The position numbers were made by a program, and so were the translations under genes. A stretch of 64,000 nt of DNA, taken from contig CM022665.1 of the NCBI GenBank assembly GCA_012295275.1, positions 38,564,001-38,628,000 on the forward strand. Direction: 5' to 3'. The notes below the pieces were generated by a model. The model made no database searches and was not told where the DNA came from. It saw only the letters and a program-made list of their open reading frames with translations. Origin of the DNA: Chrysomallon squamiferum (taxonomy: Eukaryota > Animalia > Mollusca). The stretch's first letter is position 1; every line of letters begins with the position of its first letter. Shown here piece by piece: positions 49,757 through 64,000 of the stretch.

Positions 49757-50348
49757 CTGAAACAACTTACTAATTGTGTTTAATTTGGCATGTTGATTAA
49801 ACAGATCAACAGAAAACATAATAAAACATTTTTCACACAAAGATAAAAATTTCGTCCATATGGGTGTACGTGGCCGATATGTTAATAAAGGACTGTTGAC
49901 AGAATTTTCAACAAACGTAACATTTGTCACGTTCTAAGCTGAAGTATTGTGCGTTTTTCTTTGTCTCTTTTTTCTTTTCCTTCCTCCAGTTATTTCTACT
50001 TTACGTAATCTCCTTAAAGTCATTCACCGTGTTGACGAGGTAACTGAACTTACGTTTTGTGGCCTCTATGCAACAACAACAACAAACGTAGTAGTAGTAG
50101 TAGTGGTAGTAGTAGTAGTAGTAATAATTACGATGATAATGAGTTCAGAAAATTATTTTATTTTTAATTAATGTAACTTACCACATTCATTCCTCTCATA
50201 ATAATAATAATAATAATAATTATCTGTCCGTTTTATTTTTATTTTTATTTTGTGTCGTATCATTATTATTATTATATATAATCTAAATTATTATTAATAA
50301 AATAATTAATTTGTTAATTAAAACAAATCAAAATGAATTGAAAAGAAC

Positions 50349-50379
<31 letters not shown>

Positions 50380-51185
50380 TATAATTAATAGAATAAATAA
50401 TACAATAAAACGACATGAAATAACAAATATAAACAAAAAAATAAAACACCCCTCCAAAACGAGAGCCCTACCGAAAAGCTACACAAGAGAAACAATAATA
50501 ACTAAACAACAAAACAAAAACAATAACTATAAATAAATAAACAAATAAACAAACAAACAAACAAACAAACAAACAAACAAACAAACAAACAAACAAACAA
50601 ACAAACAAACAAATAAATAAATAAAAAATAAATAAAAAATAAATAAAATCGACACTTATAATAACAAAATAACTAATTAATAAATTAAATTAAATAAAAA
50701 GAACATATGGCTGAAAAAGTATTTAAAAAAAAAAAAAACGAAAAACCAAAAAAAAAAAAAAATACGTGCTGAGGTGTCGTTAACCAAATCCTTTTTTTTT
50801 TTTTTTTTTTTCCGCACCAAGTGCAGTTTTACGCTGACGTCAAAAAGTTACTTCATATTCTCTTCTAGAGGCATTTCTGGACCAGTCTGGACACTGAAAT
50901 TCTTGGACACTGCTCGTTGCCAATTTCCGGAAACAATTGGTCATTCTCGTAACAAAGAGAATCAACGTCAGAGCAAGTTTTTGAGAATTTTTCTCCTCCA
51001 CAAAGAAATTCTGACTCATCCTCGGCGTTAGTCACGGGGACTCAATAATGGAGCGGGCAGGGGAGGGGGTATGATCCCATGAATATGATTTCATGAGGAC
51101 AAACAATGAACGATTAGTTCAATGATGGGTTTAATTTGACAAAGGGCAGCTGAGAATTTGGTCCGAGTAACTTTTTTTTTTCATC

Positions 51186-51219
<34 letters not shown>

Positions 51220-52500
51220 CTTCAAAATTACCCCAGGGAAGAGGCGCGCAAAACAAGTGGACGTGTTATTAAAAAGAGTTTAATAAAAATGCATGCACGT
51301 GTGCACGCACTTACATATGTTGTCTAATTCATGTTTTTTTTTTTTTTTTTTTTTTTTTAAATTGTGGAAAGTTTTTAATGAATATTTCATGTATACATGC
51401 GTCGTAGTGTTTTACTTTTTTTGTATTTTTATTTGGCTTTTGCATTAACAATCGAACATCACAAATACACTGAATAATGTTGATTTATTTTAACTATTAT
51501 ACAGTTATTCCAGGTGTATTTCGGTATTTTTATTTCGAATTTAATTAAACAAATAAATCTGCACATATTACATAAGTAAGCTCATTTTTTTACATCTGCA
51601 TTCTTTAGTGTTATTAATTATCATTTCATATTTACATCAGCAAAAACAGTTTATTAGTCCGATAGTAGACATTTGTTTAACTGAAAATTTAAAACTACAT
51701 CAGAAACAAATTTCAGAATTTTATCCTTAACGATCGCATACACACCCAGTTACATACAAATAAACATCAAAAGTTTTCAAAGAAATAACAAGCAAAAAGA
51801 TGTTAAAAACGGCAAAAAATAAACAAAGGAGCTTAAAAACACATTTATTTTTAATTTAGTGATAAATAATTTGATTATTTTTTCTTTATTTTATAAATAG
51901 AATACAGAAACTTATTCGTAGCATTGAATTAATAAAGTGATAAAAATATTAAACGTAAAAGAAATTAAATACATGAGACTCAGTATTTTGTTTAGTCGTT
52001 TAAGAAATATAGCTTATAATTCTTCTGTTACGATTTCGTTATATTAATACTTATTTATTTATGTATACAAGTAAAAGATATTGTTTTCTTTAAAAAAAAA
52101 AAAATAATAAAAAAAAAAATGAATGAATAAATAATAATTATTATAGCAAATTATTAAAAAATAAATAAGTGTGAGAGAGAATAACTTTGAATTTACGTAT
52201 ATAATTTTTTGTATCATGAAATTATTAATTTACAAAAGTTTATTAATTTAATTATTAAAAGAACATACTTTGATATGAATATATAAATGTATATTATCTT
52301 TTTTCCTTTAAGTTTTTCTTTTCTTCTAACATATTTAATTTAAAATATTTTACTATCGCTAATATTGCTGCTATCATTATTACTATTTCATTTACTACTA
52401 TTTTTGTTTCATCTATTGTTATAATAATAACTGTTTTTATAACAACAGCAACAACAACATCAATTTATTGCCATCAATAATAATAATAATAATCATAATA

Positions 52501-52568
<68 letters not shown>

Positions 52569-52916
52569 ACACAATAGTAAAATGACAATATCAGCAACAA
52601 TAACGACAACGACGATAAAAAAATAAAAAATAAAATTCTCAAAAGGACAGAAATAAAACTGAAATAAAAACCATTCCTGTTGTCATGAATTAAATTTTGT
52701 TCTAAATAAATGACACTTCTCTCATAAGATGACAAACGTTGTCGACCATTGAGAAGAAAAATTTCGTTGATGAGTCACTAGAAATGAAAAGTGACAGCAA
52801 TCAATTAATCACGAAACTAACAAATCACTTTATTCCGGACCCTGACCATCAAAGTGTGTCTGTGTTACTTTGTTTCAAAGTCAACTGCTGACATTTTTTT
52901 TTTGTGTTTCGCTCCG

Positions 52917-52988
<72 letters not shown>

Positions 52989-55002
52989 TATTTATTTATT
53001 ATTATTTAAATTTTTTTCTTTTATAGAATTTTTAGATCACCATATTAAATGGTTATAATTTATATTATTGTTGCAATTTATTCATTTATTTTATTTTATT
53101 TTATTATTTATTTATTTATTTATTTTTATTTATTCGCTTCTATTATATTATATTTTAGTCAGTTCTAACACAGTGCCATTAGTATAAGTTTCACTTTTTT
53201 GTTGTGATTATTATTATTATTATTATTATTTAATTCTCATCTTTTCACTATTGTTCTCTGGTGGTTATTAATTATCTGTTGTTGTGATAGGTCAGACGCA
53301 ATTTATTACAACTTGTCACAGAAATACATTTGTGTCAGCTGGTATGTTTGAAAACAAGGAAACTAAATGTTTACAGGACCTTTCGATGAAACGAGAAAAT
53401 AGTAAACAAAAACAGCAAGAGCAGATTCTTTTGTTTAAGCGATGAGTAATTTTTATTGTTTTTGTTTTGAAGTATTGTTGTTTACTTCTGTCTGGGCTGA
53501 GTAATGATAACTTTAAAAAAGAAAATAATGCTGCAGTTACTTATTTTCAGTTGTTTTCTTTCCCCTTCTAACTGATTAGAAATGTTAATAATGTTCATAT
53601 AACAAAAATGAATAAGCAGTAATATTACATAGTCGTATATAACTTTTTGAAGTTATTCTAAGTCTCATAATATTTAATGTACCTGTACCGAGTTCAGAGG
53701 TTCAACATGATGCGTCATGACTGCAATGTATTAACAGCTAAGGATTTTTAAATAAATAACGTTATGCTAGTTTTTATTTGCTATGCATATATTTGAATCC
53801 AGAGAGCTAAATCTAAAAAAAAATTTTTTTATTTTTTTTCACGTATGCATTTATCGAGGTTTTTGTATGCCTACATGCGTGCATACACATACGTAAATGA
53901 ATATGTAATGACGTGCGTGTCAGATTTTTAGTGTTCGTGCACTTTGATACTTGTCATCCATGACATTGCATTTATAGTTTTCAGCGGACCGTGGCAATCG
54001 AAACGGAAAGAGTTATTCCCCTTGGAACGTCTGTTCGGCTCAAAGCGATTACCTGAGTCATTCCAGGTACACGTGGCAGTTGAGTGGATGATTAAAGATA
54101 ATGACACATTTATAATTCACACGTCATTGCAGTGAGAAATTTTCTCCTCAACTGTTTTCTCACGCTCATATATTTATTGTACTGTGTGTGTATGAATGTG
54201 CTTGCTTGTTTGCATGTGCCTGTGTGTGTGTGTGTGTGTGTATGTGTGTGTATGTGAAAATGAGTGTCTGTATTTAAGTGTGTACACTGTATATATGTCA
54301 CGTATATGAATATATGTGTGCATGTATGTATGTACGTGTGTGTGTATATTTTATTGTATATATATATATGTATTAATGTATGTATGTATGTATAGATGTA
54401 TATATGTCGCGTATCCTATATATGAATATATGTGTGCATATATGCATGTACGAGTGTGTGTATATATTTTAATGTATATATATGTATTAATGTATGTATG
54501 TATGTATCTGTGAAGAGAATATGGATTTCAGAAAACAAAAAATTATAATAAAAACAAAATAAAAAATACAAATTAAAAAACAAAGCCATTGGCCTGGAAT
54601 ATAGTTATCATAGTTATAATATTTATAAACATCGATACCGAACTTTCAATAATGCGTTGATTTGTATTTTATCTTTTCATTAACTGATCAGGTTTTGCCT
54701 GATGGTAGAAACAAGCCTGCATTATCACGTTATGTGCAACGTAATACTACCACTGCAATTACCCACGTTCAGTGGTTTCGAGGAAATGAATTTTGCGATA
54801 AATGATCTTGTTATTAGAAAGATCGATGCAATTATTAGAAATCGATATAATTATCGGAAAGATCCGTAACACTAATGTATTTTTAAACGGAGGCCTGTAT
54901 TTACTGTAAACAGGAAATCAAGATTTTTGGTTATTATCTGGGATAATACGACAAATAGGCGCTAACATATTGTTTTGTTGTTTTTTGTTTGGTTTTTTAG
55001 CT

Positions 55003-55068
<66 letters not shown>

Positions 55069-55182
55069 ATAAGTAAATTTATTTTCAGCAATGTATCTCA
55101 ATTAGAATATATCTCCATGTTGTTTGACTTTATACCTTGTAACCATGTTGTTACGTACTTTATACTTAAAAACAATTCTTGG

Positions 55183-55286
<104 letters not shown>

Positions 55287-55752
55287 CTCTCCTGCACCCA
55301 CCCCACCCCACACCACCAGACTCTCATCTTTTTTCTGTCCAAAAAGTTAAACAGAGGACTCTACGATACCAAACAATAACTGAGGCACAACGACATGAGA
55401 GAGAAAAAAAAAAAAAAAAAAAAATGACGGGGGGGGGAGCAACATCAATGACGTGGCACATACAACGACGTTGCAGCGTGAATGGCGGTCAAAACGAAGA
55501 CTCGACAGCTGGGGGTTATGAGTGGCCGATCACAGCGGCTCTCCCAGCTGGCATATCGCGTCTTGATCCTAGGATCAAAGTCGCATGCCTCCGTCCAGTT
55601 GGCCCACTTTTCTCTGACTCATTTTTCAATTACCGCATTAATTAGATGAGTGTTGAAATCAACTGAAAATTGTCATTTTCCGCATTCTGAACACATCACG
55701 TGACAATGACAATTCGGCGACGTTAATTATGACTCGGTACTACACTCTCTGT

Positions 55753-55836
<84 letters not shown>

Positions 55837-56621
55837 AGTGTCCTGTCATTTTAAAAAAAAGTAATGCTTAGAAGAACTTATTCGAGCAAAGGGTCGTGTT
55901 ACGTTGATTGATAAAACAAATAAAGAAATAATTACATTTTGGGCCTTGTCTCATTTCTCAAATTGTCTTAAATAACAATAAAAATTAATGAACTTTGTAA
56001 CACTTATCAAAAAATAAAGAACAAAATTAATAATACGCATTTATTTATTTATTTATTTATTTATTTATTTCATTATCTTATTAACACAAGGTGGTAAATA
56101 AGCGTATTACTCATTTTGTTTAATTACTGAGTTTAGCGATACATAATTGCTAATCTCACCTTACACCACACACAAAAAAACAAAAAAACAAAAAAATCTA
56201 TAAGCATAAATATACATCACAATGATTTTCTAAAAACTTCGTCCAAAGAATTTGAATATTAATGGACGCTAACAACTGATGTGTCTAATAACATTTTATT
56301 GCATTAATTCACACACACGTACGTGGGTACGGACATACATACTTACATAAGCACATATATATACATAAAAACAAATGCATAACTATATATATATGCGTAC
56401 ACATATATACATACATACGTACATACGTATTTACTTCAAACAGATGGACTAGATCCTAAGTGTTTATTAGAAGCTAATAACCTGCAAATGTAAAACATTT
56501 TCCATAAGTGAAATATTTTATAAGAATAAAAAATAGGAAAAAAAAAAGAAGATGAAGAAATAAAAAAAGCCTTCTCCAACCACTAATGCATCAAAAGTGA
56601 ATGATTCCTTACAATTACATA

Positions 56622-56663
<42 letters not shown>

Positions 56664-58506
56664 GGCAAACTGTCGTAGTGAACGACAAAGATAAACGTTA
56701 TTGGCTTTCCAGGAATTTTTATAGAAATTCGAAGAGTGCATATTGTCGTGGCTCTTATGCCAATATAATATAACCATTAAGTTATTGTACCAACGCTTTA
56801 CAAACAGCAATCGTTGGCTGTACACATCGTATTAGCCTCAAACATGACCACTTAAACGTTGCTGTTGACGTCGTTGATAGAATGCAGGCTGCGATGTTCT
56901 GGTTTTGGGAAACAGTGTGTCACGAAGCGTTTACAAGAATAAAAAAAAAAAACCCACTTCACTGATGGTTTGTTTAATGGACTTTTAAAAAAAATAAAAA
57001 AGGCGAAGGTTTACAGTGCTGTGGTGATCTGATTAGTAAAATGGAATGTCAACGTAGTTTGCGATGGATTCCTTGTAGTGTGACGTTCATAATGAAGTTA
57101 CAGAGATTATATGTTTATCATAATCGCTAATCGTAATCCGTTTTGTTGTTTATAAAAATAATCCACGAATTAATGTGTAGTGAATTATTTTTTCTCTGCA
57201 ACGTTTATATAAATATTTAATAATAATAATAATAATAATAAACAAAAATGATGATGATGATGATGATGATGAAAATGTGATGATAATTATTATAATAAAT
57301 AAATAAATATATAAGAAGACAGTTAATTTTAATAATAATCGTATTCTTTATTGTTCAACTGAATTAGAAATACATGTAGACTATGATTTAATATATTACT
57401 TGATGACAGACAAAATGAACATATAAAACTTTTCACTGCGTGGTCACCCCGTCCTTCCCTATCTTTTCTTTGATTATCATTTTATTTTTATATTTCAGTT
57501 TTTAAAATTATTTTATTAACTTTTCTATAATTCCCTTTTATTTCGAAAATCCATTACCGTCATGAAATATTAATCACGGCATTACTAAAATATTCTTCTT
57601 GATTTGGCAGTTTATTTCTCAAAATTCCTGAACAGTTGACAAAGGCTGTTTTTACCGATGACATCATTGACAGGAAACTCTGAAAAGTTCACGCAAACTG
57701 GATCAGTAAGTGACACCAACTGCAAAACAACACAGTTCCTCAAATTACTTCATTCTGCGAGACAGCTTGTCCATTGGTCATTACGTTAAGGAATCCCAGG
57801 CAACTGTTTTCTTCTTCTTCTTCTTCTTCGTTTTTTTTTTTTCCCTCCTTTTCCCCCCTGCGAATCCCATTCATGATTAATGCCATGCAAATGGAGAAGC
57901 ACTGCTATTGTTTTGCGCTAATTGTGGTAATTTGACACAAGTTGAGTCATAAAAGAAAATTGACCGCCACTATGCGAGTTTCGAACGAAGTTCACTGCTC
58001 TTAGGCATAGATGACTAATGGTGCAGCGCCATCTTAACGCAGATTTTAAAAATTATTTTATTGCTGTTTCCTTGAGAAAGGTCGTTCACCCAGTGCTGAA
58101 TAAAATTATAGTTCTTCTTCTCTGATTGTTGTAGTTTTTCTTCATATTTACTACTGCTACTACTGCTACACCGACTGCTACACCTACCATTGTTATCATC
58201 ACCAACTCCACAACCACCACAACAGCAACAACAACGCTACAGCTATTACTATTACTGCAATTACTACATATATCTCTAATACTATTATCAATAATAATAA
58301 TAATAATGATGATGATGATGATGATGATGTCGATGATTATATATAAATAAAAACAATTTCTCATTACTCGCTGACGTCATTCTGTTTCTCTTTTTTCCTT
58401 CCTAATTTTTTTACTCATTCATTCTTTCTTTCTAAATAAATACATTTTGATGATCTTATCGTTCCATTCAATTTCCATAACAAGGTTTATGTTATCATAA
58501 TTACTA

Positions 58507-58537
<31 letters not shown>

Positions 58538-59207
58538 TTCTTATTCTCTCTCTCAATAAAGAGACAAACAATTTTTTTCCCCCTTTTTTCATTTTTTTCT
58601 CTGTCTATATTTACCTGTACATATATATATATATATATATATAAAACCAGAAAACTAACACCTGAATACAGCAATATAAGAACATTTTAATCTATCTTTT
58701 CATTCACTGAAATCAATTATTAACCCTCCTGTGTTTTGTTAGATATCTAAAAAACGATGTTAAATAATGGAAAATAAATCAACAACAACAACAACAACAA
58801 CAACAACAGCAATACACTTTTAATAAATTCTCTGGTTTCGAATGCCAGTGATTCATTCACGCGATATCATTGCAAACAACTGAACACTGAGCTAGCTGGC
58901 TGCAACGAAACCCCGCTGAAGACACGCAAGGTGAAAATCTCCATACAACGAGCTGTCTATTAATTTACAAAACAAAACAGTTACTGCCACTGTGAATGTA
59001 ATTAATACACGACGTTTTGTCGGGTGTCACAGAGAAAACAGAAATTAAAGTAGAATCGTATAAAGAAAAATGAAATGCGCGATGCGAGAGTGCTGCGGGT
59101 GAGACTGTAGTTCTTTAGAAAGGTGTCGTGGTAAATTGAAATTTGTTATGGATCACGAACCTTGAAAAATGAAAAGCAATATGTGTATGTGAGGTAGACT
59201 GTAATTG

Positions 59208-59247
<40 letters not shown>

Positions 59248-59449
59248 CAAAATATTTTGGTTCAGAGTTGAAGAAAGCAAATGAACAAATAAATATATTA
59301 TTATAGTAGTTTGCTAATCCAGTTATGCATGTAAAAATGAGAAATAAATTTACAATAAAATAAAATAAGATAAAGTAGAATAAATAAAAATAAAATAAAA
59401 TAAAATAAAATAAAATAAAAGTAAAGTAAACTAAAGTAAAATAAACAAA

Positions 59450-59492
<43 letters not shown>

Positions 59493-60213
59493 ATGAAATA
59501 ATAATAATAATAATAATTATAATAATAATAATGATGATGATGATGACAATAATGCTACTGATGATAATAGTAATAATATCATTTAGAAAGAACATTTTGT
59601 TTAATAAGTTAGTAATATGAAAAAGCTTCTTGAACAATTTCAATCCATAATTAGACAAATTTCAGTTTCGTATGAAAATTACCAAAGACAAATGCATTTC
59701 ACAAAAAATCATAAAACAAAATCTAAACATTTATCCTTTATAAGCATTATTATTATATATATACATTTTCAAACAGTACTGCTTATACTAATATCTTTTA
59801 ATTCGTTAGTGTGTTGGGTATTTTTTTTTTTTTATCTTCTATAATCAAGCAAGCTATGATGGGCATTCTGTCACATTCAGATCTGAAACAAAAGTCCAGA
59901 ATCTGTCAATTCTAAATGAGTGTTTAACTATGCAGCAGAAGCCGGATTAGAAACTGTGACACATCCAAAATCCATAATAGATGACTTCTAATGATCTGCT
60001 GATACCGAGAAGGCTAATTAATACTGCTGTCGGGAGGGGACACGGGGAAGGAGGGACCGACCCTAGACAGCATAAACTCTACTACATATACATGTTTGTG
60101 ATGCTAAAACATTTTTGAGGAGTTATTATTAAAAAGAAATGAAAAAGGAGTATGAGGTATAAAATAAAATAGTAATAAAAAGGTAGAAAATGAGAGAGAG
60201 AAACGGAAATATG

Positions 60214-60298
<85 letters not shown>

Positions 60299-61989
60299 CG
60301 ATAGGATAAGAGAGAAATAAAGAAAGACAGACAGAAAGACAAAGAGAGAGCTGGAAAGAATGAAAGAAAGGCAAAGAGAAAGATAGTCTGTGGGTATGTT
60401 AGGAAGAGAGAGATAACGAAAGATCATCAAAGAGTGAAAAAACCCATAATAAAACAAAAAATAAAAACAAAAACCAGAAAAAAAAAAAAAAAAAAAAAAA
60501 GTGCAGAATCCAAAAGAAAAACAATTAAAAAAAAAAACAAGAAAAAAAAAAAAAAAAAAAAAAAAACAAACAACACACACACACAGAATCCAAATTAAAA
60601 AAAAAAAAAAAAAAAGAGATAATGGAAAAACAATGGGGAAAAAAAACAACAAAAAAAAAAAAAAATTAAAAATTAAAAAAAGAAAGAAGTAAACCAGACC
60701 CAATTAAAAAATAATTTCAGTCACCTTAACCCCCCCCATACCCACATTCTCCTCCCCTCTATCTCCCCCTTTTTCATTGTTTTTACTCTGGACCTCTTGT
60801 GATGATGACATCCATCTCAATCACGGAGTAAAACGTCAGTTTGAACAAATATGTGGATTTGCCCGACAGTCACCTGCTTGTGCTAATCCCCTCGAATCGA
60901 TGGACGTGGATACGTTGGTGTGACGGAATTACCGGCTCGGTAATGCCAAAGCATTATTAGATTTAAATGATTGTAACGGAAAACACACTGAGCGCAGACA
61001 AACGAATCGCTTGTGACACTATCGGACTCATTTAGATTGATATCAGTGGGAATTGATATTTTCAACAAAACAAAAAAAATAAACTTATTTTTTTATTTTT
61101 TTATTTTTTTTTTTTTTTCTCTCTAACGTTAACAAAAAATGATACCTGAAAAAAGTGTCATAGATATTTAAATACTATAAGGTAAATAATACATGTGTTA
61201 ACACAATAAAGGTTGATAAATTGTTTTCATTGGTGGCTTTTTTTTTTTTTTTTTTTTTTTTTTTCATGATATTACGTAAATCAAGTAATTACTTGTAATA
61301 CAACTTTATTTGCCTCTCTATCTCTTGTCTTCTTCGTCTTTTTCTTCTTCTTTTTTTTTTTCTGTCTGTCTTGTTGTTTCGTTGTGTTGCTGTCTGCCTT
61401 TTCTATTCTTCTATCAGGGATTTGTTTTCTATTGATGGATGAATGCTCCGATGAAGAGCAACGTCTTAAAATATTAATCTTGCTCGGTGGAACATTCCTC
61501 TATGAAAAATGAGTATAAAAAAAAAGATATCTGCCTGTTTAGCGGTAAGAGTAACCATTGGTATACATAATTCTGTGTTCACTTTTCTCAAGCAAATCAT
61601 TCTAAACACCAAACCACATATTACACTTTCCTTTTTCGATAATACTAATGTTTTCCTTTGCCTTTGATTGTGTATTCCAAGCATAACTATGCTTTTTTTT
61701 TTTTTTTTTTTTTTTTCTTCTTTTTCTTTCTAAATATAGGGATTATTATGCTGAGTTCATTTAGTTATTTCCACTTTCTGACAATGCTCTACAAATGGAG
61801 AATCAAAAGCCGTGACTTTGTTTCCTGTTTATGGGAAGATGCTAATCGGTAATTATATATTTAAATAATGATATCATTTTCGCAGCACCGTTTATTTGAG
61901 TCATACAGTGAATTATCTCATCTTCAACCACGCTAAGGGAAATTACACAACGTACTGTCATTGTTATCTGTAGTGGTTATTACTTGAAT

Positions 61990-62086
<97 letters not shown>

Positions 62087-62943
62087 AAAAAAATCGTTAT
62101 TATCAATATGCTAGCACTGAAAATAAACGTCAAGTGAAACAATTGTGTCTTTAAATAATTGATATTAGCAGCTATATTAACATATATGCACGACTAGCTG
62201 AAAACAACGGTTTCATTTAGTGACATGCAGTTATCAATAACCTGGTTTAAACTATAGTTCTTTTACTTTCACTATCATTTATTTATTGGCCAAAAGCTTT
62301 GCTGCTCGCCAGAACAAAAGGAAATGCTCTATTGTAATTAGTGTTGCATTAAATGTAATAATTCTGTTTGTTCTGTACGTGCTTAACGTTAGAGTGCGAA
62401 AATGTCGAACAACGTCAAAAGATACTAATGTACATTAGACATATATCAATAGTAATTACTGTGTTCTTTCTGCTGCAACTTTTTTTTTTTTCTTTTTTTC
62501 TTAAACTTAAAGGCATACGTGGTGGCGGTTATACATTAATTAACAAAACTGTTCTTGTATTTATTTTTGTATTTTTTTCATTATTATGATAATATGTAAA
62601 AAAATTAAATTTACATTTATTTATTTATTTAATTATTTTATTATTCCCCCGATGTTATTAATATTGTTGTTGGTGCAAGTTACTTATTTATTTATTAAAT
62701 TATAAGATGATCTAATTTTCTGTTCAGCAAGGTGGAGCTAAATTTTGAATCCTGTAAGAGAAGCTGAGGGTTTCAGGGTCAAACCTCACAGGTACTCTTA
62801 CCTGTCTTTTCACATTGCAGCCAATACTCCTTAAGTAAAAAAAAAAAAAATTTCCACATGGCTGAATATGCTATTTGCTCTTTAGCGGAAAACCATTTCC
62901 TTTTCTCAGATAGAATCACTATACAACATCGATAAAAATAAAA

Positions 62944-62990
<47 letters not shown>

Positions 62991-63279
62991 AAAAGCGTTG
63001 AGGTGTTGTTAAACAAATAATAATTCAATCATTTTTAGCCAGTAATTGTGACGCTGATATATCAATTTATTCATTATTTTACCTTTACCTGTGACAATGA
63101 TTTATTTTTTCACCCGTCAGCTGTTTGTACAACACGGCATAAATTTACCTTATCTGAAGCAATCACTGATTGCGACCAAGATTCCGTCTCTACTCGTCTG
63201 TGAAAAAAAAGAAGAAAAAAGGCAAGTAATAACCCAAAATACATAAAATTTATTATAAATGTTTAGGGAGTTATGAAAG

Positions 63280-63580
63280 CGCATGGAGTCCAGATTGCTC
63301 GGGGCCTTCCGGGTTTTGTTTGATTTCTGCAACTGAACCTATAATTTGGCCAATCCGTGGCGAAAACGCGGACCGGACGATACTGATCAAGCTGCCAATT
63401 AAGTCGATGCAATCAAAAGTTCATAAATGTGGGCTATCAGCAACAACCGTGGCCAGCCCTCCCTGTAACCTGACATTAGGTCATCCGTTCGTCCAATGAC
63501 CCGGGGCTATTTTAATTACACCAGGGATTCGGTGACAGAGGGAGCATGACTCACGTGTTCGTGCACGTGCGTGAATTTTT
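63280..63580. promoter_or_regulatory. GC-richer promoter/enhancer-like island
   Basis: Three CCAAT boxes (~63349, ~63395, ~63493), an AP-1 TGACTCA overlapping CACGTG, and a second E-box GCACGTGC. No coding signal. Confidence 0.35.
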
Positions 63581-63743
63581 GAATTCCTTTTTTTTTTTTT
63601 TTTTTTTTTTTTCCGCTCTCCACCGGTTTCACCATATTCGTCATCGACGGTGGCCGGTTTTTTTTATTAAAAAAACCATTAAAAAAAAAAAAAAAATGTA
63701 GGTATGGTTGTTGATATTAGCCGATTTTAAAAATAAAATAAAA

Positions 63744-63783
<40 letters not shown>

Positions 63784-64000
63784 GATAATAATAATAAGAA
63801 GAAGAAGAAGAAGAAGAAAATAAAGAAAGAAAATAAGAAAAGAAAATTATTATCGTTTTGTTTTTCTATAGGTCAAACAAAATAAAACAAATTTACTGAT
63901 AGATAAATACATACATACAAAAATACATACATACATACAAAAATACATACATACATACATACATACACACATACACACATACATACATACATACATACAT

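Noticed and set aside
60082-60703. 199-aa Phe-rich ORF and neighbours
   Set aside because: Derived from poly-A and (AG)n tracts.

Overview
AT-rich, microsatellite-laden, intron-containing animal DNA. A mollusc or other lophotrochozoan is my inference from gene style and is not established. In order the window holds: (1) the 3' part of PSMC4/Rpt3 on + (1-3560); (2) a convergent minus-strand gene with 12 coding exons (18161->7444), assembled by hand into a ~847-aa protein: N-terminal Macro domain, three tandem TIR domains, a PPxY motif and a polybasic CaaX tail (KRRARGSGCCVLS); (3) a frameshifted, inverted pseudo-exon of one of its TIR exons at ~19.9 kb; (4) an uncharacterised coiled-coil ORF; (5) two tandem, highly divergent rhodopsin-type GPCR genes; (6) two tandem TMEM86/YhhN lysoplasmalogenase-like genes; (7) ~15 kb of non-coding DNA with promoter-like islands. 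The main candidate discovery is the Macro-TIRx3-CaaX gene. It joins in one predicted membrane-anchored animal protein the two domain types of bacterial type II Thoeris immunity (TIR signal maker and Macro ADPR-derivative sensor). Its model needs one extra base in a short homopolymer, as does one GPCR, so reads should be checked. All calls are by eye; no searches were run.
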